A stretch of DNA of 64,000 nucleotides, from contig CM060733.1 in NCBI GenBank assembly GCA_030704615.1, positions 39,122,001 to 39,186,000 on the forward strand, given 5' to 3'. Under the pieces are notes generated by a model. The model saw only the letters and a list, made by a program, of their open reading frames with translations. It was not told the origin of the DNA and did not search any database. This document shows, in pieces, positions 12,450 through 25,006 of the stretch. This DNA is from Takakia lepidozioides (Eukaryota > Plantae > Bryophyta). Each line of letters starts with the position of its first letter. Position 1 is the stretch's first letter. The translations under genes were made by a program, and so were the position numbers.

Positions 12450-15400
12450 CACGCGGTAGCTACCCTCCATAATGCCCAAAGAGTGTGTGCTCTAAGACAT
12501 GCCCAGATTGGACATGTACTCCAGATTGAGCCATTTGCGCAGGTTGAGCAGCAGAAGGGATGCATTGACAGATGGTAGCTGCTTCCAGTAAAGGTAGAAA
12601 GCAGTGACCAGGTGCCAAGCTCTTGCTGCAAGGTGGCAATCGATAAAAGCATGCTCAATAGTCTCCTTCGAGTTTCTGGCACATACTAGACAAGCTGTGT
12701 CCTAATCTTAAAAGGAGGCCGCTACTGGCAGTATTCTGTTTGCCAACTTCCATAAGAATGCACTAATCTTAGCCGGACGATGTTTGGCCCAGATATCTCT
12801 CCATATAGTTTTCCATGCAGGGACCTGCAAATCGAGATTCCATTTACGATTCCACTTGGCTGTAAAATTGGCTTGACCGAGAAGCATTCTGTGCCTGATT
12901 TTGACTGTGTAACCAAGCAGGGGTGTTTTCTTACCATCCATCCAAGACCATGCATCTGGGTCAAATTGAAGTCTACTGAGGGGGTAGGATGGGAACCACA
13001 CAAAGGATAACTGACGAGCCCATCCCAATTCTGTGCCAGCAGGTGGACTGTGCTCAGTTGAGCCAGAGTTTAAATCATAAACCCTGATCCTGTAAGCCAA
13101 GTCATGGTGCATGTCTCCTGATCCTATTAAGTCCAGGTAGCCCCCGATTGTTGCACAGAGGAGCCTGTTTTTCGCTAGACACCAACATCTACCTTCCTCT
13201 GCAAGACGTCTGCAGCACCAAACATCAGAGCTATGTAACTCAGAAGTGGATATTGCCAAGATGGCCATTCGACTATTGCCCTAGAGCTACCGAACCAGGC
13301 TGGTAAGTCGTTCGCTGTACACGGGCCTCCTATCAGCAGGGGTTACACATATTGGACACCTTTTTTGATATGAGCCCAGCCACATGCAATTGATCTAGCA
13401 GAGAGCAGGGATGTCAAAGGGCTCTGCCCTAGAAACTGACCATCTTCCCAAATATTGGCTATGTGCGAGAGGCCTTTTGCCTCCCAGGTAGCCCATATTG
13501 TGTGGAGAGCAGCCAATGGACTGTAATCAAGGTTGAGGTTGCCAAATAGAGGCTGACGGATGGCCTCTTCAAAGCATTTTGCGCTCCTCTGAGTTAGGTG
13601 AGGCTTCACCAGTCTCCAGGCATCCCAGATAGATTTCCAAGCCGCAGACCCCACAGGTTTTGTTTTACCCGTTCCATGCACCAGCCATTTGAGAGAAGGT
13701 GCCCAATTAGGAGAGTTCGCCGGATAGGACTGCACAAGGTGTTCTCTGACCAGATTGCACCATGGGCTTCCTTCACTGGTAGACATCCTAGGAATCCACT
13801 TGGCTAGGAAGGACGTAATCTGAATAGATGGATCCAAAAGGCCGAGCCCACCTTCTTTTCGAGGTTGGCAAATTGCCGAGGAGACCAAAGCCCTTTTGGA
13901 GGGGCTTTGGGGGGAGGCATCCCAAAGAAAGTTCCTCATCATTGCTTTTAGCTTCCCTATTACCTTGGATCCCGGGCTCCAAACCGAGGCTGGATACCAT
14001 ACTGATGCAAGCAGGATTTGATTAAGAACAAGGGCCATGCCTGCAATAGACAACATAGTTGAGCTCCAGAAGGCCAGTTTGTTACGGAGCTTTTGCAGGA
14101 TAGGCTCAAACATTTGCTCATCAGTGAGCCCTATCCCAATTTGAAGGCCCAAGAGCATGTGCGCTGAGCCTGGTTGAAGCCATTTGAGACCCACATCTTG
14201 CCCCCATAGAGGTCCGTGCTGACAGTGGGACGAGGTAGGCAGCTCTGTGAGGAGACCAACTGACTTGTTCCAGTTTATTTTGAGCCCAGAAGCGGAGCAG
14301 AAAAATTGCAGGGCTTGACGAGCCCTTTGTATGTTTGTTGGATCGGACCGATTGTTCAAAAACAATGTGGGGGTCATCAGCATACATAGAGTTCTTAATA
14401 GAGGTTCCATCTAGCATTTTTAGGCCCAAAATATCGTGCCTAGAATTGAGGTAGTGGCCTAGGGCATCTGCTGCCATTAGAAAGAGGTACGGAGACAAAA
14501 GGCAACCTTGCCTTACGGATCTAAACAGTGCAAAGGGTTTTGAGATCACTCCGTTCACCGTTACTTTGCTAGAGGCTGAAGAAAGCAAAAGATGGATCCA
14601 TCTGCTGAAAGCCTCAGGCATCCCCATTCTGATGAGAACTTGATTCAGAAAACTCTGGACAGTCAATGTTATCGAAGGCCTTTTCAAAGTCAAGCATGAG
14701 AATGGCCATGGGCTGCTCCAAGCATTTGGCTTTATGAATGACGTCATTGACTAGAAGGATGTTATCTAGAATCATTCTCCGTTTTAGCAACCCGGATTGT
14801 TGTGGTCTGATAACCCGAGAGAGAATGGGCTGCAGCCTGAGTGCCAAGCCTTGGCAATGATTTTGTAGGCAGTGTTCATAAGCATTATAGGTCTATAATT
14901 AGATATCATGCTTCTATCACCCTTTTTGAAAATCAAAGTGATAAGGCCAATGGAGAGTTGTGATGGCATGATGCCTTTCAGATGTATGTCTTTAGCCAAC
15001 TCAACAAAGTCTCCCACTATGGTTTGCCAGAGGGCCCTAAAGAACTCAATGGGCATGCCATCCAGGCCTGGCATCATTCTAGCTTGGAGAGAGTGCGGGG
15101 CCTCAGCTAGATCCGCTCGTCTGTCGAGAGCGGGGAATAGAGCTCCTCCTTTTCTTTCTCAGAAAGGAGCGAGGGGACAGTTCGCAGAATTTCCTCAGTG
15201 GCCAACTTAGATTCTTCTGAGCGGTGTCTCTTAGAGAAGAAGGAGGCAAAGTGTTGCTCCGCAAATGCAGCCATCACTTTAGGGTTGGAAGAGGTAGTGG
15301 ACTCATCAGTGCTAGAAAGGGAGGCAATGGTTGAGGCCATTTGCCTTTGTTTGGCTTTAGCAAAGAAGTATTTAGTCATTTTTTCCCCTTTTAGAGACCA

Positions 15401-17720
15401 GTTCACCCCTGCCTTTATACGGATAGCATTTTCCTTCTCCTGTATGAAGTTCCACAGGTTGGATTTTGCTATATTATAGTTTATGAGAGTACAGGGCCCT
15501 TCATCTAAAGTTGCTCTCCCAACAGTTGTTGGCAAAGATGGAGGCATTTGAGCAAACTTTTTTCTTTTTGGGAGCATGCTAAAGCGAGGCTTTGGACAAT
15601 TCCTGGGCTCTAATCCTGGTTGCCTCGAGCTTGGTAAGGAATCTCAGGGTTGCAGATTTCAAAAGTGTTTCTAGATGAGGACCACATCTGGGCTAGATCA
15701 TTGACCGTTGCCTTAGATTTAAGCAAGGACGGGTTAAGCTTGAAGTAGCCTCTACCTTTGGATCTAGAGCCTGGAACAGAAAAGAGAGCGCCTATCTCTG
15801 CATGGTCAAAATTAGGGAGCACTGGGCCCATTGGATTAAGCTAGGTCCAAGGCATTATGCCACTAGTGCAGTATAGGCGATCTAATGTAGCCATGACCAG
15901 ATCCGGTGGAGCTCTGCAATTTGTCTAAGAGAATCGCAGTTGGTCATCTCCTGGGATGGAGATGTCAATAAGATCCACAGATAGACAAAGGGTTTCCCAC
16001 GCATTACTTTCCTCGGGGGTGAGGCTGGAGGTGCCAAGGTTCAGCCTGTCCATAGCCCTTTCAGCCATATTGAAGTCTCCAGCCAGAATCCAATGTTCAA
16101 TCTCAGGGTGGCTCAAGATCTTGGAATGCAAAAGATGCCAGAAAGCAATCCTATCAGCCACAACATTGGGAGCATAAATATTAATGAGGCCTATTTTACA
16201 TCATGTACTAGGAATGGAGAGAAGACCAAATTGCGCTCTACCAGTCATCCAGACATCCATTACAGAGATATAATTGGCCAGATTTGGGGATACTAGAATA
16301 GTTGTGCCACCTCTAGAATCGGCTACAGTCTTATTCCACCAAGCAAGATTGGCTGGCCACAACATATTTCCCAGGGAGGCTATCTTAGCATCATTAAGTT
16401 TATGTTCCTGTAGGAAGATAATAGAGCTTTCAGACATCAAAGAGGCAACCCAACGTCTAATCTTGGACTTTTTTGGGGCAGAGGCTTCAGAACCTATGCC
16501 CCTTATATTCCAAGATCTGATGTTAAATAACATTAACTTGAGGGAGAGGGCTCGAGAAAACTTCTCGAAATGATAGCCCTGATGAGGAGAAGAAGAAGAC
16601 AGGCCTTCTGTCATTGGGGGGGAGGGGGGAGAACCAGCTAAATCCGGGGGGGGGGAGGTGGTGTAGAGGTTAAATGCCAACCTACAGGGGTGTTCCCTGG
16701 ATCTTTTTCGTCCTGACCTTGAACCACTGCAACAAATTGTGTCTTCTTCCTTGAAATAACCTTACAACATTTAATGATATCTTTGAGCCCTAGCCAGCAA
16801 GCAAAGCTGTGAAGATAACTTTCTGAAAGCAAGTTTCTTCCTGGGAGATAGAAAAGATGGGGCAGAATTTTCCCAAGCGGATGCCAGCTAGCCAGGACCT
16901 GACACTTGTCAGGCAAGTGAGAAGAGCAACAGATGAAGAGGGGGAAGGCAGGGTAGGTGGAGCTAACCAGGGGAGAGCCTCCAAGGGTTGAGGGAGAGGC
17001 GGCGGACGGAGACGGCAACTGATTTTTTTTCGGCGAGCAAGTATAGGGCTGAAAGCCCGAGTTGGTGTCTTTTGCGGGACTTGGTGAGGTCACCAGCTGA
17101 GCGGGGCGGGGCAGGGCAACAGCAATACCCAGAACTGCATCGGCGAGGGTGAAGCCTGCAGCGATGACCTTTATGCTCCAACCTCCTACGGACGGGAAGC
17201 CATTACGAGGTTGAGCAACATCAGCGCCATTGGCTATGGCCTGCCTTGTGGACCATGAGAAAGAACCTGCTTTAGTGTTGCCACCTCCAATATCCTCCCA
17301 TCTGAAGGCGAGAAGAACGTTGACCGTGGAAGCAACGTCAAATTCTGGGGAGTTGTCCTAGATGCCCCGAAATGCACTGTAGTGTTGTTGGAGAGCATGA
17401 ACTGGAAGGGTTCCTCTACAAAGAGGGTGCCCACTAACTGAAGGCATAACTCCACCGCCTTGGAGTTTGGGTAGTACGTTTTATGGTGAGAAGTGATCCA
17501 GGCACTTACCAATCCCTCTTATCCATTAGTGAGCATAATAGATGGGGGGCGGTTAGGACCATCGAGCATGCCATAGATTATAGGAGTAACTTTGACCACT
17601 GCCAAGCTGCGATGCACGACATTATGATCAGGGGACCATTCGCAAAGTTTCAAGTTTGCAAAAGAACGCAGGTCCAAGCATCTAGTGGCCAGATTAATAA
17701 GCCGCTCATCCTCAGAGTCA
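12450..17720 (-). mobile_element. L1/Tx1-like LINE, decayed (ORF1 remnant, APE endonuclease, RT, zf-RVT)
   Basis: Endonuclease motifs SWNIRGIG, IFLQEHKL and WILAGDFN. RT motifs PGLDG..EFFR, NYRPIML, LDFEKAFD, VRQGCLLSPYLF and YADD. Many frameshifts. Confidence 0.93.
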
Positions 17721-17729
17721 GAGTAAGGG

Positions 17730-19035
17730 CAAGCTTGGACTCCCTACAAGTGATGTGGAGGCCTCTATTGAAGTGCGTTCTGCCAAGGGAGAACCACAAC
17801 TGGCGACGAGGGTGGCGTTCGATGTCCCTCTTCAGCTAGGGAGTTGGGAAGGACGTGAGAACTTCACCATTTGCGAGATCGATGGAGTGGATCTCATTTT
17901 GGGGATGTCATTCCTGAGCAAATTCGGAGCGGTCATAGATGGCCGCAAGAGAGTAGTCACGCTGCCGTGTTGGAATGGTAGCGAAGTTTTAGGGGTGTCG
18001 GATATGCCCAACCATGTGGGCGGGCGAATAAACCTGTTAACAGTGAAGGAGTGGGTCGTGGAGGAGCCACATGAGCCCAAGTTTTTGTTTTATGTGAGGC
18101 AAGTGGTAGGAGAAGTCGATAGGGAGTTGAGCCCATATTGGATCAAGGAAATCTTGGAGAAATACCAAGATGTGAGGCCGGAGGATTTACCAAGCTGTTT
18201 GCCACCTTGAGGAGGAGTCGACCATAAGATCGAGGTGATACCGGGAATGGAGCCACCTGACAAGGCGCCCTACCGGTTGAACCATAGAGAATTGGTGGAG
18301 TTGAAAGAGCAGCTCAAAGACCTTATGGCAAGAGAATACATCCGGCCAAGTAAGTCACCTAATTATGGAGCCCCGGTACTATTTGTAGGCAAGAAGGATG
18401 GGACACTGCGGATATGTGTCGATTACAGGGCTCTAAACAAGGTGACTATAAAAAACCGGTACCCTTTGCCAAGAATTGATGACCTCTTCGATCGGTTGGC
18501 AAGCGCGAAGTATTTCAGCCGTATCGATTTACGCTCAGGTTACCATCAGATTTGGATAGCGGAAGGAGATGAGGAAAAGACTGCGTGTAGGACAAGGTAT
18601 GGTTCGTACGAGTTCTTTGTAATGCCTTTCGAACTCACCAACGCGTCGGCGACCTTTTAACACGCTAATGAACAACCTTTTCTAGGAGCGATTAGATGAC
18701 TTTGTGATCGTGTACATCGATGACATCTTGGAAACTCGAAAACAAAGGAGACCACTTGGAGCACCTCAAAAGGGTATTCCAGAAATTGCGTGAAGGGAAG
18801 CTCTTACCAAAACTTCAGTGCGAATTCGGGGTCACGAAAGTGGAGTTCATAGGACATGTGATTACACAGGATGGGATCAAAATGGATGACAGAAAGGTGA
18901 TGGCGATCTTGGACTAGGAACCTCCAATTTCGGTCGCGGGAGTGCGATCATTTCTGGGACTCGCCTACCGAAAGTATGTGAGAAATTTCGGCAAGATCGC
19001 GGGGCCGCTGTCAGACCTTCTATGTAAGTCCAAGG
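17730..19035 (+). mobile_element. Ty3/gypsy chromovirus A, left part (protease, RT); 5'-truncated and interrupted by element B
   Basis: [50 protein letters not shown]; contains stops and frameshifts. Confidence 0.92.
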
Positions 19036-19665
19036 TGTCAAGGACGAGAACATGACTGAACACAAACAAGAGATAAGACTAGAGGTACAAGGCTAGACAA
19101 GGAGTCAAGGTCGACGTGGCCGAATGCACGATGAGTAAATAGAAATCAAGACGATCTTTATAACAATGAACAAGAGTACAAGATATTGGAACACGACTTG
19201 AATAATGGAATGCTGGAAACTGGACTAGAGTACCAGATACTGGAAACTGGGCTATGGTACTGGGAACTGGACTGGAGTACTAGGAACTGGAAACAAGAGT
19301 AGCTTGAACTGGTGTTGGCGAGACTGAAGAGTGTCCAGTCTCGCCTCTTATATATACTAGCTACTAAGAAGCTTCCCCTGTGGAGGTAGCTTGCTGGAGA
19401 AGTTTCCAAGATTAAACAAAGGTTTCTTGATGGAGAAGTTTTATCCAAAGGAAGTTTCTTGAGTAGTTTCCCAAGTTACTCTTGGTAATTTGGTAAACTC
19501 CCGGTAACTTGGTAAGTAATGATAAATCATGCTAGATCATGGTAAATCACGGTAAGTCATGGTAACTTCTGATAACATGATAACTTGGTAACTTCTGGTA
19601 ACATGATAACTTGGTAACTTCTGGTATTTACTCTTGATAAGTTCCTCTAGACTATGTCCGTGACA
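19036..19665 (-). repeat. 3' LTR of element B (630 bp, TGTCA...TGACA)
   Basis: Near-identical to 35938-36511 and similar to 57723-58234. Contains a TATA box and GGTAAC-type subrepeats. Confidence 0.93.
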
Positions 19666-20267
19666 TCACCCCTCCTCTAGCGCCGAGTTCCTCGAGGAGC
19701 GGTAAAATCTTGGACTTGCTTAGAGTTGGAGAAAATCCAAAATCCGGCGAATGATACTTGGCAAGTATTCGGCTCTTCATTCTTGACTCAAATGATTTAT
19801 AGGTCCCTGCAACCATCAATAGTGTCCAACACCTTGAACTTGGGACCACGCAATGATTTGAGCATTCTGATTTTCAAAACTGCCTTCAGACATGATTTCG
19901 TTGCCCTCTGGGTCCGAAGCCTCAACCTCCAACAAAATTATCAGACTTCAAGTAGGCTCCACTTGCCGTCATACGGGGTCCTAACGAGGAAGTACGCGTC
20001 GCATTGGTGGCCCATCGTCTCGAGAGCGTCGGCGTGATGTTGAAGGTCGTGAGAGTCGGGACGGCTGATCTGGTAGCTGGGTAAGCGACAACTCCAATGT
20101 ATCTGGTTCCTGCGACTCCAAACTGCCAATACAAGATGCAAGAGTGGTGGAAGTGTAGCTATATATACTCATGTGTGGTGCTCCTCCCTCCTTAGCGTGT
20201 ATCAGGTACATTGAATGTGGAGTCTTCACCTTGAAGCTAACTTGACTGACATCATCGTTGTGACGTC

Positions 20268-23200
20268 TTATTGACGTGTAGCTCGGGGCTTAGCTGGATA
20301 TCGTTGATGAAACTCTTGGACTTTGTTAGATGCATTGGTGAGGTTGGATGAAGGTTCCCACGTTTGTTCGCTGATGTCGTAGCCTTTCCAATGTACGAAA
20401 TACTCAAGACGTTTATACTTGATGCGAGAGTCTAGGACTTCGTCAACTTCATACTCAATTTCCTGATTGACTTCGATTGGTGGAGGTGGTACGGAAACTC
20501 TCCCTAGAATATTTGATGGATCATACAACTCCAATAATGAAACATGAAAGACTGGATGGATGCGCATACTTCGTGGGAGGAGTTCAAGCCAAAAACTGAC
20601 CGGATTTATTTGTCGAATAATTTTGAATGGGCCCAGGCGTTGATAATCCAACTTCCTTGATGGTTGCGAGGTTTGTATGTCCCGTCGAAGAAGCCACACA
20701 CGATCTCCGACCCTGAACTGGGGTTGGAGTTGGCGACGTTGATCTGCATACTACTTGTATTGTTTTTTAGCTTCTGCGAGGTGGAATGTAAGCTCCTTGT
20801 GAATCGTAGCAAAATGAGTAGCAAGGTTATCTGCAGCAGGGCTTCCAACAGTTTTCATGTGGAAAGGGTTTGCTCGAGGATGATGACCATAATTGGAGAC
20901 AAATAGAGTTTGCTTAGTCGAAGAATGTATAGTGTTGTTGTAGGCAAACTCAGCCAATGAAGGTCCGTCCACGTATCTTGGTGATAATTTATCGTACAGC
21001 GAAGATACTGCTCTAAAATCTGGTTTACACGTTCGGTTTGACCATCAGTCTGTGGATGATTAGCTGTAGAGAGGTTGATCTTAGTATCCAATATGTGAAA
21101 ATAATCCCCTCCAGAAATTTGATATGAACTGTGGTCTTCGATCAGATACGATGTCCTTCGGGAGTCCATGAATGCGGTAGATATTATTGATGAAGAGTCT
21201 TGCAGTTTCCTCGCTGGTAACCGTCTTATTACATGGAATGAAATGTGTCATATTCGTAAAACGATCTACAATAACAATGATTGAATCGGTAGTCTTGGAA
21301 ATTGGAAGGTCCGTAATAAAGTCCATAGACACGGACGACCATGGACCCTTGGGAATGGGTAATGATTGAAGAAGGTCGTAAGGTCGATGTCGTGGTCCCT
21401 TTGCTCTAGCACACGTGTCGCAAGATTTTATAAATTCTTTTACAAATTTTCACATCTGCGGCCACCAATAGTCCCTGGATATTAACTCCATTGTTTTGTT
21501 GAAGCCGAAATCAACTGCAGCCGGAAGATCATGACATGTTTGAAGAATTCGAAATCGTGTAGGTCCTGGAGGTACATAGAGAAGTCCCTTGAAGTAAAGT
21601 AAGCCATCTTTGAATTCGAAGTCGTTTGTAACATGTGGGTTGTCTCGAGGTTGATTTAGTTGACTTCGTAGTGTCGTAGCAAAATGGTCGCTCTTCAGTG
21701 CTTCCTGAATCTCCTTTATGATTTCTGCATCGTAGGTGGACATGGATAGCATATTCAATTGGAGATTTGCTGGTTTCAAGATGATGGATTTATGTTGGTC
21801 AAAAACTGCATCCCCTTCTTTTGGCGCAAGATACAATCGTCGAGAGAGAGCATCTGGTTTTCCTTGAAGATGTCCGGGACGGTAGGTAATAACAAAATCA
21901 AACCTTGCTAGTGACATACTCCATCTTGCTTGACGTCGATTCAAAACACGAGCACTCATAAAATACTCGAGGTTTTTGTGATCGGTATAGACAGTGACAT
22001 GATGTTTAGTTCCCTCCAATAGATGACGCTACTCCTCAAAAGCATCGATAATCGAAAGAAGTTCTTTGTCATGGATTTCATAATTGATCTCCGCAGCGGA
22101 AAATTTGCGAGAACGAAAACCAACAGGGTGGAGTCGGCCATCTGTACCGTATTGTGAGAGTACCGTGTCAAGTGCAAAGTCCGATGCATCTGCTTTTAAG
22201 AAGAATGGTTTAGATGGGTCTGCATGTACCAGTATTGGAGCCGTTGTAAATGCCTGCTTCAGCATTTCAAATGCCTGGTCAGTCTTCTCATCCCATAAAA
22301 ATTTGTCATTTCCTGTGAGTCGTGTCAATGGTGCAGCAATTTTGGAGTAGTCATTGATGAACATTCTATAGAAATTTGCAAAACCCAGAAAACATTGTAC
22401 ATCTCGGACCGAAGTTGGTTTAATCCACTCGATGATGGTTTGTATTTTTTTTCTGATCCATAAAGACGTCTTTGTTGGAAATAATGTAGTCCAGAAATTC
22501 GACCTCAGATTGATGGAAAAGACATTTCTCCAACTTGGCATATAGTCCTCTTTCTCTTAATTTGTCAAGGACAAGGCGTACATGGCGGCCATGTTCTTCT
22601 TCGTTCTGTGAAAATATCAAAATGTCGTCCAAATAGATAACTACAAAGTCATCTAAAAATTCTCGAAAGATGTCATTCATCATATGTTGGAAAATTGCTG
22701 GAGCATTTGTAAGACCGAAAGGCATAACACTGTATTCAAAATGTCCATACCTTGTTTGAAAAGTTGTTTTCCATTCGTCTCCTTCTTTTATCCGTACAAG
22801 GTTATAAGCTCATCCCAAGTCGATTTTGGTGAAAATCTTCGTTCGTCCCAGCTGGTCGAGAAGCCCAGAAATCAGCGGCAACAGATAACGATTCTTGATT
22901 GTGACTTTGTTGAGACCGCGATAGTCGACACACATGCGTAATGATCCGTCCTTCTTTTTCACATATAAGATAGGCGCCCCCGCGGGTGATTTTGAATGTC
23001 TGATGAAGTGCTTTGACAAATTTTCATCAATGTATTCGCGTAATGCAGCCAACTCCGTCTGGGATAAGTTATAGATTGGGCCGAATGGTGGTTGGGCTCC
23101 TTCTTGTAACTCAATTGCACAGTCATAAGGTCGATGTTCTGACAATATGTCTGCATTTTTCTTCTCGAAGGCATATTTGAAATCTTGATATTGAGCGGGT

Positions 23201-23700
23201 AATGTTGAAGTACCTTTATCTGTTGTGGTCTTGATCGGAGTCGCATAAAGTGCAAATGCCGCCTCTTTTTTGGTAGCTCTCATGAAGGCTCTAGCTCCAA
23301 GAAACAAGGGTTGAATACCTTTGGTACTTTTGCATTTTTGTCTTGCCGAAATTTTTCGTGATTGCCAGTCGATGTTAGGATTATGAAGTACCAACTAGGG
23401 AAGTCCAAGGATCATAGGATTCGTTGGAGACTGGATGACATTGAAAACAATCTGTGATGCTTGATTTTTAAGCTTCACTTCAAGGGGTCGAGTTTCATGT
23501 CAACATTTCCCGATGCTAACGGTCGTCCATCAATATCTTCAACAAGGGCCGATAATTTCTTTCTTACGAGCGTTAAATTGTGTTGCTTCGCAAAGTCTTT
23601 GTCAATAAAACACGCTGAAGCGCCCGAGTCCAAAAGTGCTTCTACGGAGATATCTCGATTTTGCATCCTGATGTTTACTGGAACTGTGAAACAAGATACA
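20268..23700 (-). pseudogene. pol of element B (PR-RT-RH-IN-chromodomain), frameshifted
   Basis: ORFs 23475-23666, 22810-23394, 22420-22725, 22029-22541, 21450-22019, 21081-21332 and 20268-20699 (EYEVDEVLDSR..YFVHWKGY..TWEP). Confidence 0.93.
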
Positions 23701-23938
23701 GGGTCTGGAGGTAGAAAAAGACCTTTTTTTTTTTAGGAATTTGGGGTGTCCAGCCGCGTGGTCCCTACTATGACTGGACATCTTCGTTTTCCGACCTCCT
23801 CGTATCGAACACTTGAGTGGTGCCCCGAGCTTTGAATCTTCTCTTGTTGGGGCAGTTTAATGCCATGTGATCATTTTCTCCACAATAAAGGCATAATCCA
23901 TTCGAGCGCCGTCTTTGTTTTTCATGTGACGTCAATGG

Positions 23939-24116
23939 TGTCGTGCGCATACATATCGCTACACAACTACATCGCTGTCCAAAACCACACAACACATGTG
24001 CACACCACACACTAGTATACCACTAGTCCACCACTAGTCCAGCCACTGGTCTAACCACTAGGCTACAACTAGTCAGTCACTAGGCTGCCACTATGCTGCC
24101 CACTATGGCAGTCACT
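23939..24116 (-). repeat. Terminal repeat A of element C
   Basis: Matches 24435-24600 apart from a 12-bp indel; lacks the first ~10 bp of the PPT-adjacent copy. Confidence 0.92.
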
Positions 24117-24610
24117 GATAAAGAAGAAGAATACAAGCACGAGCTCACAAATCTGAAGCATAAACTCATGCATATATAATCTCATCACTCAAATACAAGT
24201 CAAGCCAAGTGCACCCCACGCCATGGGGAATCCACACTACGGCGCCATAGCTAGGCGCGGTGAGGCTCAACTCGAGAAAGATGAGCCTTCCGCGCTTGCC
24301 ATGAAGATAACCACTCCAGGGCCTAAATCTGCCTTGACCCCTGGATTGACACTTGGGCCAATCCCAAATGTCAATATGTAAAAGCTAGCTATTTCCTAGC
24401 TAGTTTCACACTAGTGGTAAAATAACTTGACAGCTGTCGTGCGCATACATATCGCTACACAACTACATCGCTGTCCAAAACCACACAACACATGTGCACA
24501 CCACACACTAGTATACCACTAGTCCACCACTAGTCCAACCACTAGGCTACAACTAGTCAGTCACTAGGCTGCCACTATGCTGCCCACTATGGCAGTCACT
24601 AGTCCACACA
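24116..24610 (-). repeat. Complete 495-bp LTR-equivalent of element C (A-GC-B), preceded by a PPT
   Basis: Minus strand reads AGGGGGGCGAT then TGTGTGG...TTTATCA. Part A (24435-24600) is repeated at 23939-24116; part B (24116-24432) is repeated at 34717-35033. Confidence 0.8.
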
Positions 24611-24634
24611 ATCGCCCCCCTAGCTGGTGCTTAG

Positions 24635-24775
24635 GTCCTCTGTGGGTCTGCCAAAGGGGCAGCCACCATGCTGGTGTGTGATCGATGCTCAAGGGGTTGG
24701 CATATGGGATGCTTGACACCACCTCTTGAGAAGGTTCCTGACGGAGATTGGTTGTGTCCACACTGCTTGGAATAG
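24635..24775 (+). pseudogene. PHD finger (C4HC3) from the integrase C-terminus of element C, in an inverted segment
   Basis: + strand reads VLCGSAKGAATMLVCDRCSRGWHMGCLTPPLEKVPDGDWLCPHCLE*. The first Cys is lost at the breakpoint with the integrase end AVVPAGLR (25007, minus). Confidence 0.88.
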
Positions 24776-25006
24776 TGGCAGTGGACATGACTGGAGGCAG
24801 CTAACAAGACATGGGAGGCCAAGCTCATAGGAGTCAATACATGAGATCCCAAGCTCAAGTTCACAGGTTGCAAGACGGACGACTAACGATGGGGCAACTC
24901 TTGCACCCGGCCTCTTAATCTATCGAGTTTGAGTGTAGTAGGGATAGTGGTGGAGGACTTAGTGAGGCTATGGTCACTATCACATCTTGTGGCTACCTGG
25001 ACTTAG

